NCBI GenBank assembly: GCA_951406725.2
Contig: OX597821.1
Location: 74,710,001-74,774,000 of the forward strand
Direction of reading: 5' to 3'
Source: Octopus vulgaris
Taxonomy: Eukaryota
DNA length: 64,000 nt
Part shown: in pieces, positions 29,205 through 44,394 of the stretch
Layout of the letters: every line of letters starts with the position of its first letter
How positions within the stretch are numbered: the first letter of the stretch is position 1
The notes under the pieces: model-generated
Told to the model about the DNA's origin: nothing
The model's input: only the letters and a program-made list of their open reading frames with translations
Databases searched by the model: none
Made by a program: the position numbers and the translations under genes

Positions 29205-29540
29205 GAACCCGTCATATATATGTGTGTGTGTGTTTGTATTTGTGCGTGCGTGTTGTGTTTGTGTGTATGTGTTTGTGTGTGTGTGTGTGTTTGTGTTTGA
29301 CTGTGTGTGACTCTGTGTGTGTGCTTGTGTGTGAATGTGTATGTGTTAGCCATTGTGTCTGAATTTGTTCTTCACCACCGCTTGACAACTGGTATTCGTG
29401 TGTTTTCGTCGCCGTAACTATGCGGTTCGGTGAAAGAGAACGATAGAAAATAAGTACTGAGATCGATCCGTTCGACTAAAATTCTTGAAGGTCATGCCCC
29501 AGCGTGGTCGCAGTCTTATGACTGAAACAAGTAAATGATT
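29205..29540 (+). mobile_element. SINE family A 3' half, diverged
   Basis: CGCTTGACAAC..CCGTAAC..CCAGCGTGGTCGCAGTC..GACTGAAACAAGTAAA. Confidence 0.6.
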
Positions 29541-31511
29541 TTAAAAAATAGATAAATAAAAGATTTCTAGTTTTGAGTGAAAGTCAAACGCTTTGCAGGA
29601 GGACGAAGAGTCGCCGATATAACTGACTCCTAAACTTGACTCTTACTTATTTCTTTGCCGTTGAAAGAATGCGAGTCGAAGTCGTTCACAGCTAAATTTG
29701 AACTCAAGAAACAAAACGGATGTAACTGAACACTGCGAGGTATCTGACGCTGCAACGTTTCTGCTTACCCCAGCGCCATGTTTCTTTATGTTTGTCTAAA
29801 TATTTACAGCCGGATACTGCAGGCTTTATGACGTGAAGCGAATAAAAGAAACATATCTGTGTAGCCACTAGGAACAGCAGAAATATATATATATTTTTTT
29901 GTTTGTTTGCATGCTATACTTCGTCTCCTTTTCACAAGTGTTCCTGTTATGATAATTCGTGCTAGTAACATTACTTGTTGTTGTTGTTGTTGTTGTAGTT
30001 GTGGTAGTCAGAATAGTAGTAGTATTATTTTACGGCACGCTTTTCAGAAAAAATACAAAAAGACATGCGTCAATCTTTTAAAGTCCATCACCAAGAACAC
30101 AAATGATAGCTTGTCAGTCAGATGAGGCCTGATAGAGTGTGCTGGGTTTTGTCAACAGGAAATACTTGGAAAAGATCAACAACAATAACAATAGTAGCAA
30201 AAAGAAAGCAAAATATATTTGTGCGCGCTTCAGAGTCAAATGTCAAAACCAGTTAGGAAGTAATCCAACTGTTAAGACCCTGAAGGCTATCAAATATGTT
30301 GCAAGTCTCTAGCTTTCTCTCTCTCCTCTTCTTTCTCTCTCCCCTTTTCTTTCTTAGTCAATCTCTCTCTCTCTCTCGTTCTCCATCTTATTCTCACAAG
30401 TTTTCACTCATTCACTTATTTCGACTTCCACCTTACTCTTTCCACCTCTTGCATTTCTCTTACACAATTTCTTTATTCATAACTCTCTCTATTTCGCTTT
30501 CTCTTTCACTCTCTCCCTCTGTCTCTTTCCCTCTCTCTCTTTCTTTCTTCTACGTATTTTCTTCCTATCTCTTTCAGACACATATTCATACGCAGTGCAT
30601 GCCTAAATCATCCGCAGTCACAACGGCCCACCCATACAAACACATAAACTGCATTAACATACACACACACACACACACATGCACATACAACACACATATA
30701 CAGACCAACATAACCCCAAATTTCATCACCCTTCAACGGATTACCTTTATCTTCTGCCAAGGAATTAAATAAAAATACAAATATCCTCACAGCTTATATC
30801 AAAACGTTGCTATTACAGAACATCACTGGTTCTATAATATCAGATTATGTTTGTGCTTTTATATGTAGGTTTACGAGTGTTAAGTGGGACAATATAATGG
30901 GTACGGTGATGTGCATGTCCTTCTCAATGGCATTAGTTACGTTATAAGCAAGGCGGAAAGACTTCAAAGGAACGAGTGTTTTTGGTCTTAGATTGTCACG
31001 AGTTTACCACTTGCTCTTCACTGTTAAGCTTTGGCAAGAATGATATTAACTTCTTACATTGAAAAATAGACAACAAAAAAGGTAGAACATCAGAGGAAAA
31101 AGTTATTTCATATACATTCCGTACATTATCAACAGTTTTAGGATTTCCTTTCTCTAATCGAAAAACATTTGCTAAACAGCATTCAAGATGTTCCACCGAA
31201 AGAACGCAATGTTGAGCTACAGCTGTATGGAAACACGGGCATTGTCGTCCAATGCAACAATACAGGAACAATTAAGAAAGGATTAAAAGTGCTGCGAATT
31301 GAGCAACACAGGGAAACTCAGTAGTATCTACAAGCAACGCCAAAATTAAAGGAAAGGAACGGATTTCAGAAATAGCGAAAACCTTGTCTGTCATTTGTGG
31401 AAAAAGAATATAAATCATGCTAAAACTAAGAATAGACACTATGTACAGAACCTACAGTTACATCAATTTCCAGTGAGATCCATCATGTATGTATATATTT
31501 ATCTTTATCTG

Positions 31512-31563
<52 letters not shown>

Positions 31564-31680
31564 ATCAATCAATCAATCAATCAATCTCTCTCTATCTATT
31601 TACATTTCTATCAGTCTGCCCGTCTGGCTTACTCTGTCTCTCTGCCTGTCTATTTATTTATCTATCTATATACACATGAA

Positions 31681-31802
31681 GGTGCAAGTGTGGCTGTGGA
31701 ATAAGAAGCTAGCATAGCCACTTGGGCAGATGTCTTCTACTGTTGCGCTGGACCGAACAAGGCCTTGTGAGTGGATTTGGTAGACGGAAACTGAAAGAAG
31801 CC

Positions 31803-31852
<50 letters not shown>

Positions 31853-32000
31853 TTGTGTCTGTGTTTGTCCTCTTCCCCATCATCGCTTGACAACTGATGT
31901 TGGTGTGTTTACGTCCCCGTAACTTAGCGGCTCAGCAAAAGAGAACGATAGATTGAGTACTAGGTTACAATGCATAAGTATTGGGATCGATTTGTTCACA
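31681..32000 (+). mobile_element. SINE family A, diverged
   Basis: GATTTGGTAGACGGAAACTGAAAGAAGCCCG with internal (TA)n. Confidence 0.7.
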
Positions 32001-32317
32001 TATCATAAAGAAAATAGAGAGTTTCTCGTTTCCATATCAATCTTCATTCAAATTCAAATTAAAATAACGAAGGTAGATATTTCTTCAGGGCGAAAATTGA
32101 GATTCTTTGGTTTTTACATCCTAATATCGCCAACTGGAGCTCCAAAATGTGTACAATACTGGTGCCTAATAAATAATAAACACAGAATTCTACCACAGAA
32201 AGCAGGATTCCGGAAAGTTCATCGATATATACGATAAAAACAGCAGACGCTAGGATGTTGACATCCCTATAAAGAGGAAGCTATCTCATAAAAACTCACT
32301 TATATATGTATATATAT

Positions 32318-32675
<358 letters not shown>

Positions 32676-32752
32676 TATATATATATATATATATATTTCA
32701 TGTTGCTTAAAACATTAAGATTTAAATAACTCTTTTATAAATCCCTTTAAAT

Positions 32753-32841
32753 TAACTCTGATGAGAGAACTGTAGATGATTATTATGGTTGGAATTGACT
32801 TGCCATTTCCAACTATATTCCCTCGAAACGGCCGTCAGACT
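32753..32841 (+). ncRNA. Minimal hammerhead ribozyme with long stem II insert
   Basis: CT-CTGATGA-GAG...(GTTGGAA/TTCCAAC hairpin)...CTC-GAAA-C-GGCC-GTC-AG. Palindromic stem III ACGGCCGT, GUC triplet at 32834-32836. Confidence 0.65.
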
Positions 32842-33287
32842 TTTTACCTTCTGAAGATTCTTCTTAAAATCCTTTTATACCATCATTCTCATCTATTTGG
32901 ATTACCTCTATACATTCACCATCTGCGTATTTTAATATCCTCATTGATTTTATCACGGACATACAACCTCGCAAGTACATTTATATATTTACATAGTTTA
33001 ATATCATATCTTGTTTATATCAGTGTTCTTACGTATGTTGTGAAGTATTCCGATGCTTTGAAATATATTGAGTGAATAACAACACTGGTCTTTGAACCGT
33101 AAAAGCAAATGCCACACACATTTTGTGAAGTCTCTTCGCAAAGGTTAGCGTCTTTCGACTTTCTAAAAAGGTTTTTTTCTCAGTCTTAACTCTTTGAGAA
33201 AAACTCTTCTCTCCAAATATAACAGTATCAAGGAATTTCCAAAACGCTCCAAATATATAAATATACATATATATTTATTTATATATA

Positions 33288-33929
33288 GCAATAAGAAAAT
33301 GGAGGAGATCAAGAGGTGGTATTCATCAACTTTTAGACATTATATTATGTCTATTTATTTATTTACTAAAAGAACAATTATAACAATATACATACATGTA
33401 TAACATATTATGCTTTACATATATAATATATAAAATATAAAAATACCAGTAATTATTAAAATATATAACGTAGAACATAGAAAGAAGCATAGTTTCTTAC
33501 AGCTGTTTCAGGCAAGAGGTCATAGTACCCCACTTTACTTCAATCCCTTCAGTGAACTGAAGTATTTGGTAGATAAGATTAAGGTACTTGGGTGTGTCTC
33601 TTGGCTTAAACTCTGACGAAGCCCAGAGGTACACCAAAGTACCTTAATCAAATACTTCAGTTCACTGAAGGAATGGAAGTAAAGTGGAGTACTATGACCT
33701 CTTGGCTGAAACGGCTGTAAGAAACTATGCTACTTTTTATGTTCTACGTTATATATTTTAATAATTACTGGTATTTTTATATTTTATATATCATATATGT
33801 AAAGTATAATATGTTATACATGTATGTATATTGTTATAATTGTTCTTTTAGTAAATAAATAAATTGACATAATATAATGTCTAAAAGTTGATGAATACCA
33901 CCTCTTGATCCCCTCCATTTTCTTACTGC
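33288..33929. repeat. Fold-back palindrome (~315 bp arms, ~11 nt spacer), probable inverted Penelope-like pLTR
   Basis: 33288-33607 is the reverse complement of 33619-33929; both arms give the same spurious peptide KKME.IKRWYSSTFRHY. Confidence 0.9.
33611..33721 (+). ncRNA. Hammerhead core starting in the palindrome spacer
   Basis: CTGACGA at 33613-33619; stem II AGCCCAGAGGT/ACCTCTTGGCT; GAAA-C-GGCT-GTA at 33708-33719; stem I only 2 bp. Confidence 0.55.
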
Positions 33930-34613
33930 CGTATAAATTATGGGTAAAACAACTTTTTACCCTCATCCATTTATTACATTCAGTAGTGTACTTGCCATGC
34001 AATGAAAAAACACTTGTGTATTAATTAGGTATTCTACGAGCAGTATACTGGATAGATATTATCCTTTAGTTGGTTGGATTCACAACCTCTAACTCGCTTG
34101 AAATACATACATACATACACACACATATATATATATGTATGTATATATACATATATATTTACACACATATATATATGTGTGTATATATACATATATTTTT
34201 ACACACACACACATATATATATATACATACATGTATATATATGTATGTGTATGCATGTGTGTATGTATGTATGTATGTCATGTGATACTTATAATGCTCA
34301 AACTTATCAGAACCAATTACATATTTCCACACGAGAATGCTATTTACCACATTTTACAATTTACTTGTAATCTGCTGTGAAATTCGCTGTGCTATTGCGA
34401 ATTCAAACCAGCGTTCATCGCACCATAACTGTGGCAAGTATTAGGATATTAAGCCTGGTTTTAAGGAGTCTTAATTATCGTCAAAGACAGAATAGCAACG
34501 ATTTGATTCTAGCTATAAATACACACGTTTGTTCCAATGCCAACCATGATAATTGCCGCTGGTGAAAATGAAGAGTAACTCCCTTCTTTGTCTGTCTGTC
34601 TATCTGTCTTTCA

Positions 34614-34660
<47 letters not shown>

Positions 34661-34806
34661 CCTCCGGCTTTCTTTTTTTGCCCTATTTATATTCCGTATG
34701 TTCTGTGTACACGCACACATATGTATGTACACGCACTCACACAATCATAAACATATATGTTTCAATGTATTTACGTATTTACGTATTTACATGTGCGTAA
34801 ATATAT

Positions 34807-34915
<109 letters not shown>

Positions 34916-34936
34916 CATATATATATATGTATATGT

Positions 34937-35319
34937 GGAGGCGCAATGGCCTAGTGGTTAGGGCAGCGGACTCGCGGTCATAGGATCGCGGTTTCGATTC
35001 CCAGACCGGGCGTTGTGAGTATTTAATGAGCGAAAACACCTAAAGCTCCACGAGGCTCCGGCAGGGGATGGTGGTGATCCCTGCTGTACTCTTTCACCAC
35101 AACTTTCTCTCACTCTTACTTCCTGTTTCTGTTGTACCAGTATTTCAAAGGGCCGGCCTTGTCACTCTCTGTGTCACGCTGAATATCCCCGAGAACTACG
35201 TTAAGGGTGCACGTGTCTGTGGAGTGCTCAGCCACTTACACGTTAATTTCACGAGCAGGCTGTTCCGTTGATTCGGATCAACCGGAACCCTCGTCGTCGT
35301 AACCGACGGAGTGCTTCCA
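34937..35319 (+). mobile_element. SINE family C (head 1 + tail 2)
   Basis: GGAGGCGCAATGGCCTAGTGGTTAGG A box, GTTTCGATTCC B box; tail shared with 12195-12380. Confidence 0.8.
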
Positions 35320-35336
35320 ATATGTATATATATATT

Positions 35337-35387
<51 letters not shown>

Positions 35388-35580
35388 TCATACATACATG
35401 CATACATACATATGTATTTGTGTGTATGTACATAGGTATGTATGCATATATATATATATATGTATTTGTGCGTAAATATATGTATATAAATACATATGTA
35501 TATACATACATACATGCATACACACATACACACATATACATACTCTCACACACACACATACTTAAACATACATATACATA

Positions 35581-35764
35581 TTTCGTCTGCCGTTACCGTT
35601 CTGAGTTCACATTCCGCCAAGGTTGACTTTGCCTTTCATACTTTCGGGATCGATTAAATAAGTACCAGTTACGCACTGGTGTCGCTGTAATCAGCTTAAT
35701 CCCTTTGTCTCTCCTTGTTTGCCCTCCCCCTATGTTTAGTCCCCTGTGGGCAACACAGAAATAA
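35581..35764 (+). mobile_element. SINE family B, 5'-truncated
   Basis: GTTGACTTTGCCTTTCATAC..AAGTACCAGTTACGCACTGG. Confidence 0.7.
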
Positions 35765-35783
35765 TTAGATATATATAAATATA

Positions 35784-35819
<36 letters not shown>

Positions 35820-35864
35820 TGTATATATATATATATATATGTACGCATATATACATATATACAA

Positions 35865-36034
35865 TGAGCTTCTTTCAGTTTCCGTCTGCCAAATCTATCG
35901 ACTCACAAGATTTTGATCGCTATAGCCTGAGGCTATAGTGGAAGACACTAGCCCAAGGTGTCCCGTGGTGGAACTGAAGCAGAGACCATGTGATTGAGAA
36001 ACAAGTTTCTTACCCCTCAGCGCCGCTTACGCCT
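35865..36034 (-). mobile_element. SINE family A 5' half, diverged
   Basis: CTTCTTTCAGTTTCCGTCT..CCCAAGGTG. Confidence 0.65.
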
Positions 36035-36569
36035 ATTATACAACATTTATAAAATCTCTTTAGGTTCGTCACAAGCCCGCATTTTATTCCTTTGTCAGGA
36101 CAACGTTACAAGACATGTCCTCCTGTTTTAAGATGGCAGGGAGGGATTTGAGGAAAGGTTTATTGCTATTTCTAGCGGGTTTACCGTCTCCTTCGTTGGT
36201 TTGACTCTCGACCATTTGATTAAGAGCTAACTATAACATTTGTTCTGATCAATTTAATATCTGATACGTTCCAAACCGAAGAACCTTGAAATTAAACTGA
36301 ATTCTCTTCGTCAGGAAATATAGTGGATGATATTCCAAACTTACTATGCCTTGTTGCACTATTGCTTTTAACGATTTCTCTATAATGGTCGCTGGAATAT
36401 TATTTTTAGGTCTTCTTTCAGCCCAAGTCTACGATAATAAGGACTACCATGTGTCATACTATATAAAATTATGTTCGCATCACTCTAGCATGTATTCGAA
36501 AATAAACGAATTCCTGAGATGTGTTCGTCATCAATTTCTCACTCAGTAGCAGTTATTGTGTAGGAAGCA

Positions 36570-37072
36570 TGAGGTAATATGTGGTGGAGGAAGTAGGTAA
36601 TATGCGGTGGCGGAAATATGTGGTATTATGCGGTGGAGGAAATATGAGGTAATATGCGGTGGAGGAAATATGAGGTAATATGCAGTGGAGGAAATATGAG
36701 GTAATATGTAGTGGATGAAATAATAGGTAATATGCGGTGGAGGAAATATGAGGTAATATGCAGTGGATGAAATAATACGTAATATGTGGTGGAGGAAATA
36801 TGAGGTAATATGCGGTGGTGGAAATAATGGGTAATATGCAGTGGAGGAAATATGAGGCAATATGCGGTGGAAGAAATATGAGGTAATATGTGGTGGAGGA
36901 AATAATGGGCAATATGCGGTGGAGGAAATATGAGGTAATATGCGGTGGAGGAAATAATGGGTAATATGCAGTGGAGGAAATATGAGGTAATATGCGGTGG
37001 AAGAAATATGAGGTAATATGTGGTGGAGGAAATAATGGGCAATATGCGGTGGAGGAAATATGAGGTAATATG
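36570..37072. repeat. Minisatellite, 26-27 bp unit GGTAATATGCGGTGGAGGAAAT(A)ATG(A), ~19 copies
   Basis: Head-to-tail repeats with recurring variant units and no spacers. Confidence 0.9.
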
Positions 37073-39079
37073 TGTTAGAAAACAGGAAAAAAAAACGAGT
37101 GATGAAAGGGTGAAAGACTAAGAGAGGGAAAGTCAGTTTGAAGATCATTATTTCTGCTTTTCTATTTTCTTATTCTTCACTATTTTCTCTCTCTGCTTTC
37201 GTTTTTGCTCTCTACATTCATTTAATCCATTTGGTACCAACAATACGCATCAGTCTCTAACGACAGTTAAATGCAACCCAAAATAGAATCTATTCTGTTT
37301 CTCACGGTAAACAATTAGTTTTGAACCGTACTTTCAGCTCTAATCAACAAATGTGAAAACAGCATTTTTACAGGCCATAGACAATACATCCAGGTCTGTT
37401 GTTGTTACTGTTGTTGCTATAGTTATAGTTTAGCCCTGAGTCAACCTGGATCCAGCAGACCTATGATCATTGGCATTCCAGCAATAATAATTGTGTTTTT
37501 GTTTCTTTTTCTCAGTGTGTACAGAATTCATTACTTTAATATGTCATCCATTATTTAATAAATTTGTGTATGCTCTGAAGAAAGTTCGGACTGCCATTTC
37601 TAGCAAGACGCGTGGTCAATAGTGGCTCTGTTTTCTGTTCCCTTTAAGATTTTGTAAAGTCTTTGGAATCTTGTATACAAATCTTCAAGCGAAGGAAATT
37701 GAAGCCAGAAAAATACATATATTAATATTTACAAACAAGAAATACCTAAATGCACAGAGAAGCTATTGTCGATGTAGTTTAGTCACTGGAGAAACCTTAT
37801 TGAGCACCCCAGCCATGGCCATCCAAAATGATTGTCGTACGTAATGTGTCTAAGACTATATTACCCAACTTTTTACTCGTTTTAAAAACGATTTTTTCTC
37901 TTCTGGTTGAAGAATACAAAGAGGTTCTTTCTTTGTATAAATCGACGGATGAGGTGTTACATTATTGGGTGTGTCTTCTTTTTTATTTTATAATGTACGT
38001 TTATTGATTCTAATTATAATTAATTTATTGAACAATTATACATATGTGTATTCACCGTTTTGGGACAAGTGCCATTTCTAGCTGGCAATGTTGTGTTTCC
38101 AATAATCTAACAGGATATGAAAAAAAGAAACTTCTTTATTATATTTTATAACACACAATTACAAATCGTGGTGTTTATGGAGGGAATCACCAGGATATAT
38201 TTGCCACGGATATAAACACACGTGGCTTCAAACACCCACTTCTTTTGTTGAATGTATACATTGTTAACAATAAAAGGTGTATATGCCCTACGCGTATATG
38301 TGTGTGTGTGTGTGTTTGCGTGTTTGTTTGTGTGCTTCTGACTGTGTGTTTATGTCCCCGTTGTATGTAGACAGACGACCGGCCCCGTACACACACGCAC
38401 TTCTATTAAAATATAAACTATTCTGTTACTCATAGTTCTCCACAATCTTATTACAAATATCAAAATTGAAAAACTACACTACAATAAAACCATTCACAAG
38501 TAGCATACTGCCTTATAATAATATTGAATCGACTCCAGTACTTTACTGGTACTTTATTGTAATATACAGCTTGGATTTCGACATCTACGAATTTTATTTG
38601 ATGGCGTCACTACTATCGCAAAAACACAAGCAGAACCGAGATAAAAAAAAAGAAAGCCTTCAACCGAACCAGATGGACTATTTTATCAATATCCACCCCA
38701 TACGATACTCGAGACTAATCATTGTCTGTCCATAATATAGCTGCATATTAAAGAATTTTACTTTGAATTTGGGTCAGAATAGATCCCAGCGACCAGGGAA
38801 CTAGCTAGTTGGTGTGTTGGCACTATCTATGTTGTAGCCTTATATGATAACAAAAAGGAATGTTCAGATGGGGAACAGGTCAACTGTAATTGTCAAATGC
38901 TGTTTGAGAGAGATTTTAAATTATGATCTCCTCAACCAATAACTGGAGCAGTATCGATTTCCTTCGAGAATGTCTTAGTCTCCCGCCATGTTTTCCGAGA
39001 ATAAAATATTTATCGAAAATCTACAGTTATCTTGAACATCACTCGTCGGTGTGTTTAATGAAAGTGAAAGGCACAGTTG

Positions 39080-40003
<924 letters not shown>

Positions 40004-40142
40004 TGTATGTATGTATGTATGCGTGTGTGTATGTATAGATGGATGTATATATGTATGTATGTATGTATATATATATATATATATATAAAGTAAAAAGTAA
40101 AAGAGTCAAAAGGAAGAGTAAGTGCGGTTAGGCAGCTTTTTA

Positions 40143-40264
40143 ATCACTAGAGAGGTTTCGATACATGCAGATCTTCGCATATACAGGATTTAAAGTTACG
40201 TTTAAATTGAATTATGTAACGATTTACCTATATAAGAAGGTCTATATCTATCTCTTCAGGAGAT
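40143..40264 (-). ncRNA. Hammerhead with long stem II hairpin (degenerate)
   Basis: Minus strand ATCTC-CTGAAGA-GATAGATATAG...CTGCATGTATC-GAAAC-CTCT-CTA-GTGAT. Stems I and II largely pair. Confidence 0.5.
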
Positions 40265-40265
40265 A

Positions 40266-40660
40266 GAGAAATACAACTGAAATATTTAAAATTTATTTTT
40301 ATTATAATATGTTATGAAAATATAATCTAATATAATATAATATAATATAATATAATATAATATAATATATTGTACTCTAATATCATATCACAAATAGTTA
40401 AACCAAATAAAAGTCCAACACTTTATTTCGACTTATATCCACTAGCGAATTTATAGAGAACTTCATATTCATCAATACAAGTCTTCTCAGGGTAATATTT
40501 GTTAAAAAAAACAGATAAAATTTACTTGCAAGGATTGCTAAATTATAAAATAGATTTTATTATAAAATAGACCCTACTATATTATATTATATCATATTAT
40601 ATTATATTATATTATATTATAATGTACATAAATTTTTAATATGTCAATTGTATTTCTTTA
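40266..40660. repeat. AT-rich imperfect inverted repeat adjoining the hammerhead
   Basis: AGAAATACAACTGAAATATTTAAAATTTA..(TATAA)n is mirrored by (TTATA)n..AAATTTTTAATATGTCAATTGTATTTCT. Confidence 0.55.
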
Positions 40661-40770
40661 TTTCATTTAATATTTTTATATTGTAATCATAACATTTTAT
40701 TTGTGATATTCAACTGAAGTACCACCAATGAAAATTTGACGTTTTGAAGGAATGGTTTTTTTCTTTCGTT

Positions 40771-40861
<91 letters not shown>

Positions 40862-41522
40862 TGTATGTATGTATGTATGTATGTATATGTATATATATAT
40901 ATATGTACATCGAAGTAAATGTGGAGATTAGCAAGTTAGAGAGGTCAATATTTCAAGTATATTAAATACATGAAATACAAACGAATGTATATTATGTTTA
41001 AATAGAAAAAGGGACGACTTACACAGAAATTGAAATGTTATCGATATTTAAAGGGGATGAAGAAAAATGTAACTAATCCAACAGCTGTTTCTGGGTGTTA
41101 GTTGGTCCGAAAAAATGTTTGTAGATTGAATCTGTTCTTGACTCTTAACTCTTCTCAGTGCTTGATGCATTTTGCCTTATCAACATCAGAGACATTAAAG
41201 TCAAAGTTGATCGTACAGAGCCCCTTCCCGCCAAGGAAATGCAGGAAAACATGGTAACCGACGATCTAACGACTCGATCCGTCTAACTTGCCATGCGTAA
41301 TTTTACTAACGAAAATTTATCTTCGTTATGTAAATATGCTCAGTGACGAAGGAATGGGCTCATTTGGCAGGACGAACAAGAGAAAATATCAATTAGTTTC
41401 GTCTAACTGCGACCGGGTCGTTGCTTTTGATGATCCCTTTTCGATCTACGTAGAAAATAGCTTAAACACTTGAAAATTACATTCATGCATTCATTTATAC
41501 ATACATACATACATACATACAC

Positions 41523-41553
<31 letters not shown>

Positions 41554-41630
41554 GATGTGTGCATGCGTTTATATATATGTTTATATATATGTATATATAT
41601 ATACATATATTTATATATATATATACACAC

Positions 41631-41702
<72 letters not shown>

Positions 41703-42570
41703 GTATCTATATACACATATACACGTATTAGTATATTTTTCTGTGTATTTTCATTCATGTGTGTGCATCTTTGTGTGTATGTGTAGCGCACGTGCGTATT
41801 AACTCGGCACTATTTAGAATTAAAGCATATCTTTTTATCAAACAGTAATTTTACCCGTCTCTATTCAAAGTCAGAGCGAAATTCCCATTTAAGCGGTTCA
41901 CTAACACGTCGACGTCTTATAAGAAGCCAGAAACACTGTCTTCTCGTGACAAATACGGTTTTCTCTAATTAAGAGACGTTATTGCTTGTGAGATATTAGG
42001 TTTAGCGAGGAATGAGAGAGGCTTCAGTTACCATTTAAGAGTGGCCAGGGCTACTTGTGAGATAAGATAACAAGTTGAAGACGTGCTAGTAAGTCCGATT
42101 AATTAGTTTACTCTCGATGAGATAAGCAGTAAGATATGGCGACGAAGAGACAATTGCGAGAAGAATTACACATCCTGTTGTTTGGCTTTTATTAACTAGA
42201 TATGATCCAATGTAATAAAATGAAATAAGGAAGGGGATGGTTCGTTCAGAGCAACGAAGTTTCAGACACTGTATGAGCCATCGCTGACTTAATATATTGC
42301 AGTATTTTCGTTTCTGTATATTTCGAGATCAAGCGAAGTCAGAGACTGGGCCTAAATATATATTCTTTTTAGGAAAGGCGCAAAAACTGTATAATTTTGT
42401 GAGCGTATACTTTGATTCCAGAACATACCTGGTATTCTATGAACCGCCTCAAGGCAAGAAAAACATACTTGTCTACAAATGCAGTTTGGGTCTAACAGGA
42501 CGCTAAGAAACATTGCAAGGCTGTTAATCTGATGCTCTGCCAATTCCACTCCCCTACCTCGAATCAATCA

Positions 42571-42801
42571 TTACACCATTAAGCTCCACTGTCCTATAAA
42601 TAGGACACTAAATGAGAACATTAAATAAGCTATGTCACATGGTCTCAGTGTCCTATTTATAGGACACAGAGTATTTCCATTTCTACTTGAAGTAAAGGAG
42701 TTTTAATAATTATTTTTTTCATTTTCACCTATATTCAATCATCTGCAAAAAGTTATAAGTAATATTCAGAAATTTAACTACTCTGGGATTTAATGGGTTA
42801 A
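42571..42801. mobile_element. Possible piggyBac-like MITE
   Basis: Right end GGGATTTAATGGG-TTAA; degenerate left end TTACACCATTAAGCTCC; internal inverted palindromes GTCCTATAAATAGGAC / GTCCTATTTATAGGAC. Confidence 0.4.
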
Positions 42802-42927
42802 CATCAAACTGCAATTAAGGCTTTGCAATGACTGAAAGTGTGTAGCGCCAGTTAAAAAAATTACTGTAACAAAAGTAATAAATAATAAAAAAAACAGTCC
42901 AAGTTATTATTGTTTACTTAATATATG

Positions 42928-43132
42928 AAGGCGGTGAGCTGGTAGAATCGTTAGCACATCGGTCAAAATGCTTCGAGACATTTCGTCCGTCTTTACGTTC
43001 TGCTTTCAAATTCCGCCATGGTCGACCTTACCTTTCGTTGTCGACAAATTAAGAAGCAGTGAGAGACTGGAGTCGATGTAACCGACTGGTCCCCTCCCCC
43101 AAATTTCAGGCCTTGTGCCTATTGTAGAAAAG

Positions 43133-43135
<3 letters not shown>
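42928..43135 (+). mobile_element. SINE family B running into an (ATT)n tail
   Basis: AAGGCGGTGAGCTGG...GTAGAAAAGATTATTATT. Confidence 0.8.
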
Positions 43136-43186
<51 letters not shown>

Positions 43187-43198
43187 GTTATTATTATT

Positions 43199-43525
43199 CT
43201 ATGTTTGACTTTTGCTTTACATTTGCACAAGCTGGCTCCAAGTCTCACCCAGAGACCTCAAGAAACAACAAGTTGGAAGTTCATGTTGGTGTTATGCCTA
43301 GGGTGCCATATATTTGGTTTTGTACTTAGTGTTGTACTAGTGAATGCCTAAAAAACTATACGAAAATTATGTTTGTTTTAAAACTTGAGATTACAAAGAA
43401 AGTATTTTGCGTAGGATATGAGCAGTTCCCATGAGCACAATATTTTGAATTTCTGCCATTTTGGGGTTTCCTGGTATCTGAGTTAGGTAGCAATCAGCCC
43501 CTTTTGCTATCATTCCCAGGGTACC
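43199..43525 (-). mobile_element. R4/Dong-like LINE 3' fragment (second family)
   Basis: Minus strand GTLGMIAKGADCYLTQIPGNPKMAEIQNIVLMGTAHILRKILSL*, then a 3' UTR. (TAA)n on both sides. Confidence 0.8.
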
Positions 43526-43534
43526 TTATTATTA

Positions 43535-43599
<65 letters not shown>

Positions 43600-43603
43600 A
43601 TTA

Positions 43604-44394
43604 CTTTTTTTTTTTCTTCTTTCAAATTTGCTTCCATTTCTTGCCGAGTGTCTTCCCGACTCCTAGGGCAAAGAAACTCATAGTATACATTGGTAGGCCA
43701 TTAAACCAAACTCAGTAGTTCGTTCATTTTTTTTTTTTTTTTAATTAAAATACATGAGCAGCAACAGTTCTCACACCGACAATGCTCTTCTCAATACGTG
43801 TGATGTACCAGTTAAGACAATCTTTTGCACTTCTTGCAGGGATGGTAAGCCAGGGATCATTCTCATATAATTTTCGGTTCCCTTCTTGATCATTCCTAGT
43901 GCTCCTACGATCACTGGTATTGTAACCGCCTTGAGATGCCACATTTTCTCAATTTCAATGAGTAGGTCTTTATATTTTCTGAGCTTGTCAAACTCTTTCG
44001 CTGAGATATTATGATCACAGGGGATGCTCATGTCGATCAATAAGCAAACTTTATTGTTTTGGTCTTTCACAACAATATCTGGTTTATTGGCCTTGATGGT
44101 TCGGTCTGTATGTACTGGAAAGTCCCACAGAATGGTTACATTTTCTCCTTCAGTTACAGCTTCAGGGTGGTGATATTGTAATGCCGACTTATTAGCCAGT
44201 GGAGATATTGGCCAACTCTGTCATGTCTTAATTTATACTCCACTGGTGCTAAGACTTTAAATCCAGAGATTAGGTGGTCCACTGTTTCAATCATGTCGTT
44301 GCAGAATCGGCATTTTGGGTCTGCTCCATTTTTCATCACATTGGCCTGGTAGTTCCGGGTTAATAGGCTTTGATCTTGAGCAGCCAGGATGAAA

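Noticed and set aside
32880-33270. Possible GIY-YIG remnant between the hammerheads
   Set aside because: Only vague similarity with many stops; not supportable by eye.
36543-37148. Regular repeats resembling a CRISPR array or a repetitive protein ORF
   Set aside because: No unique spacers, no cas genes, eukaryotic context; several frames are open, as expected for a minisatellite.
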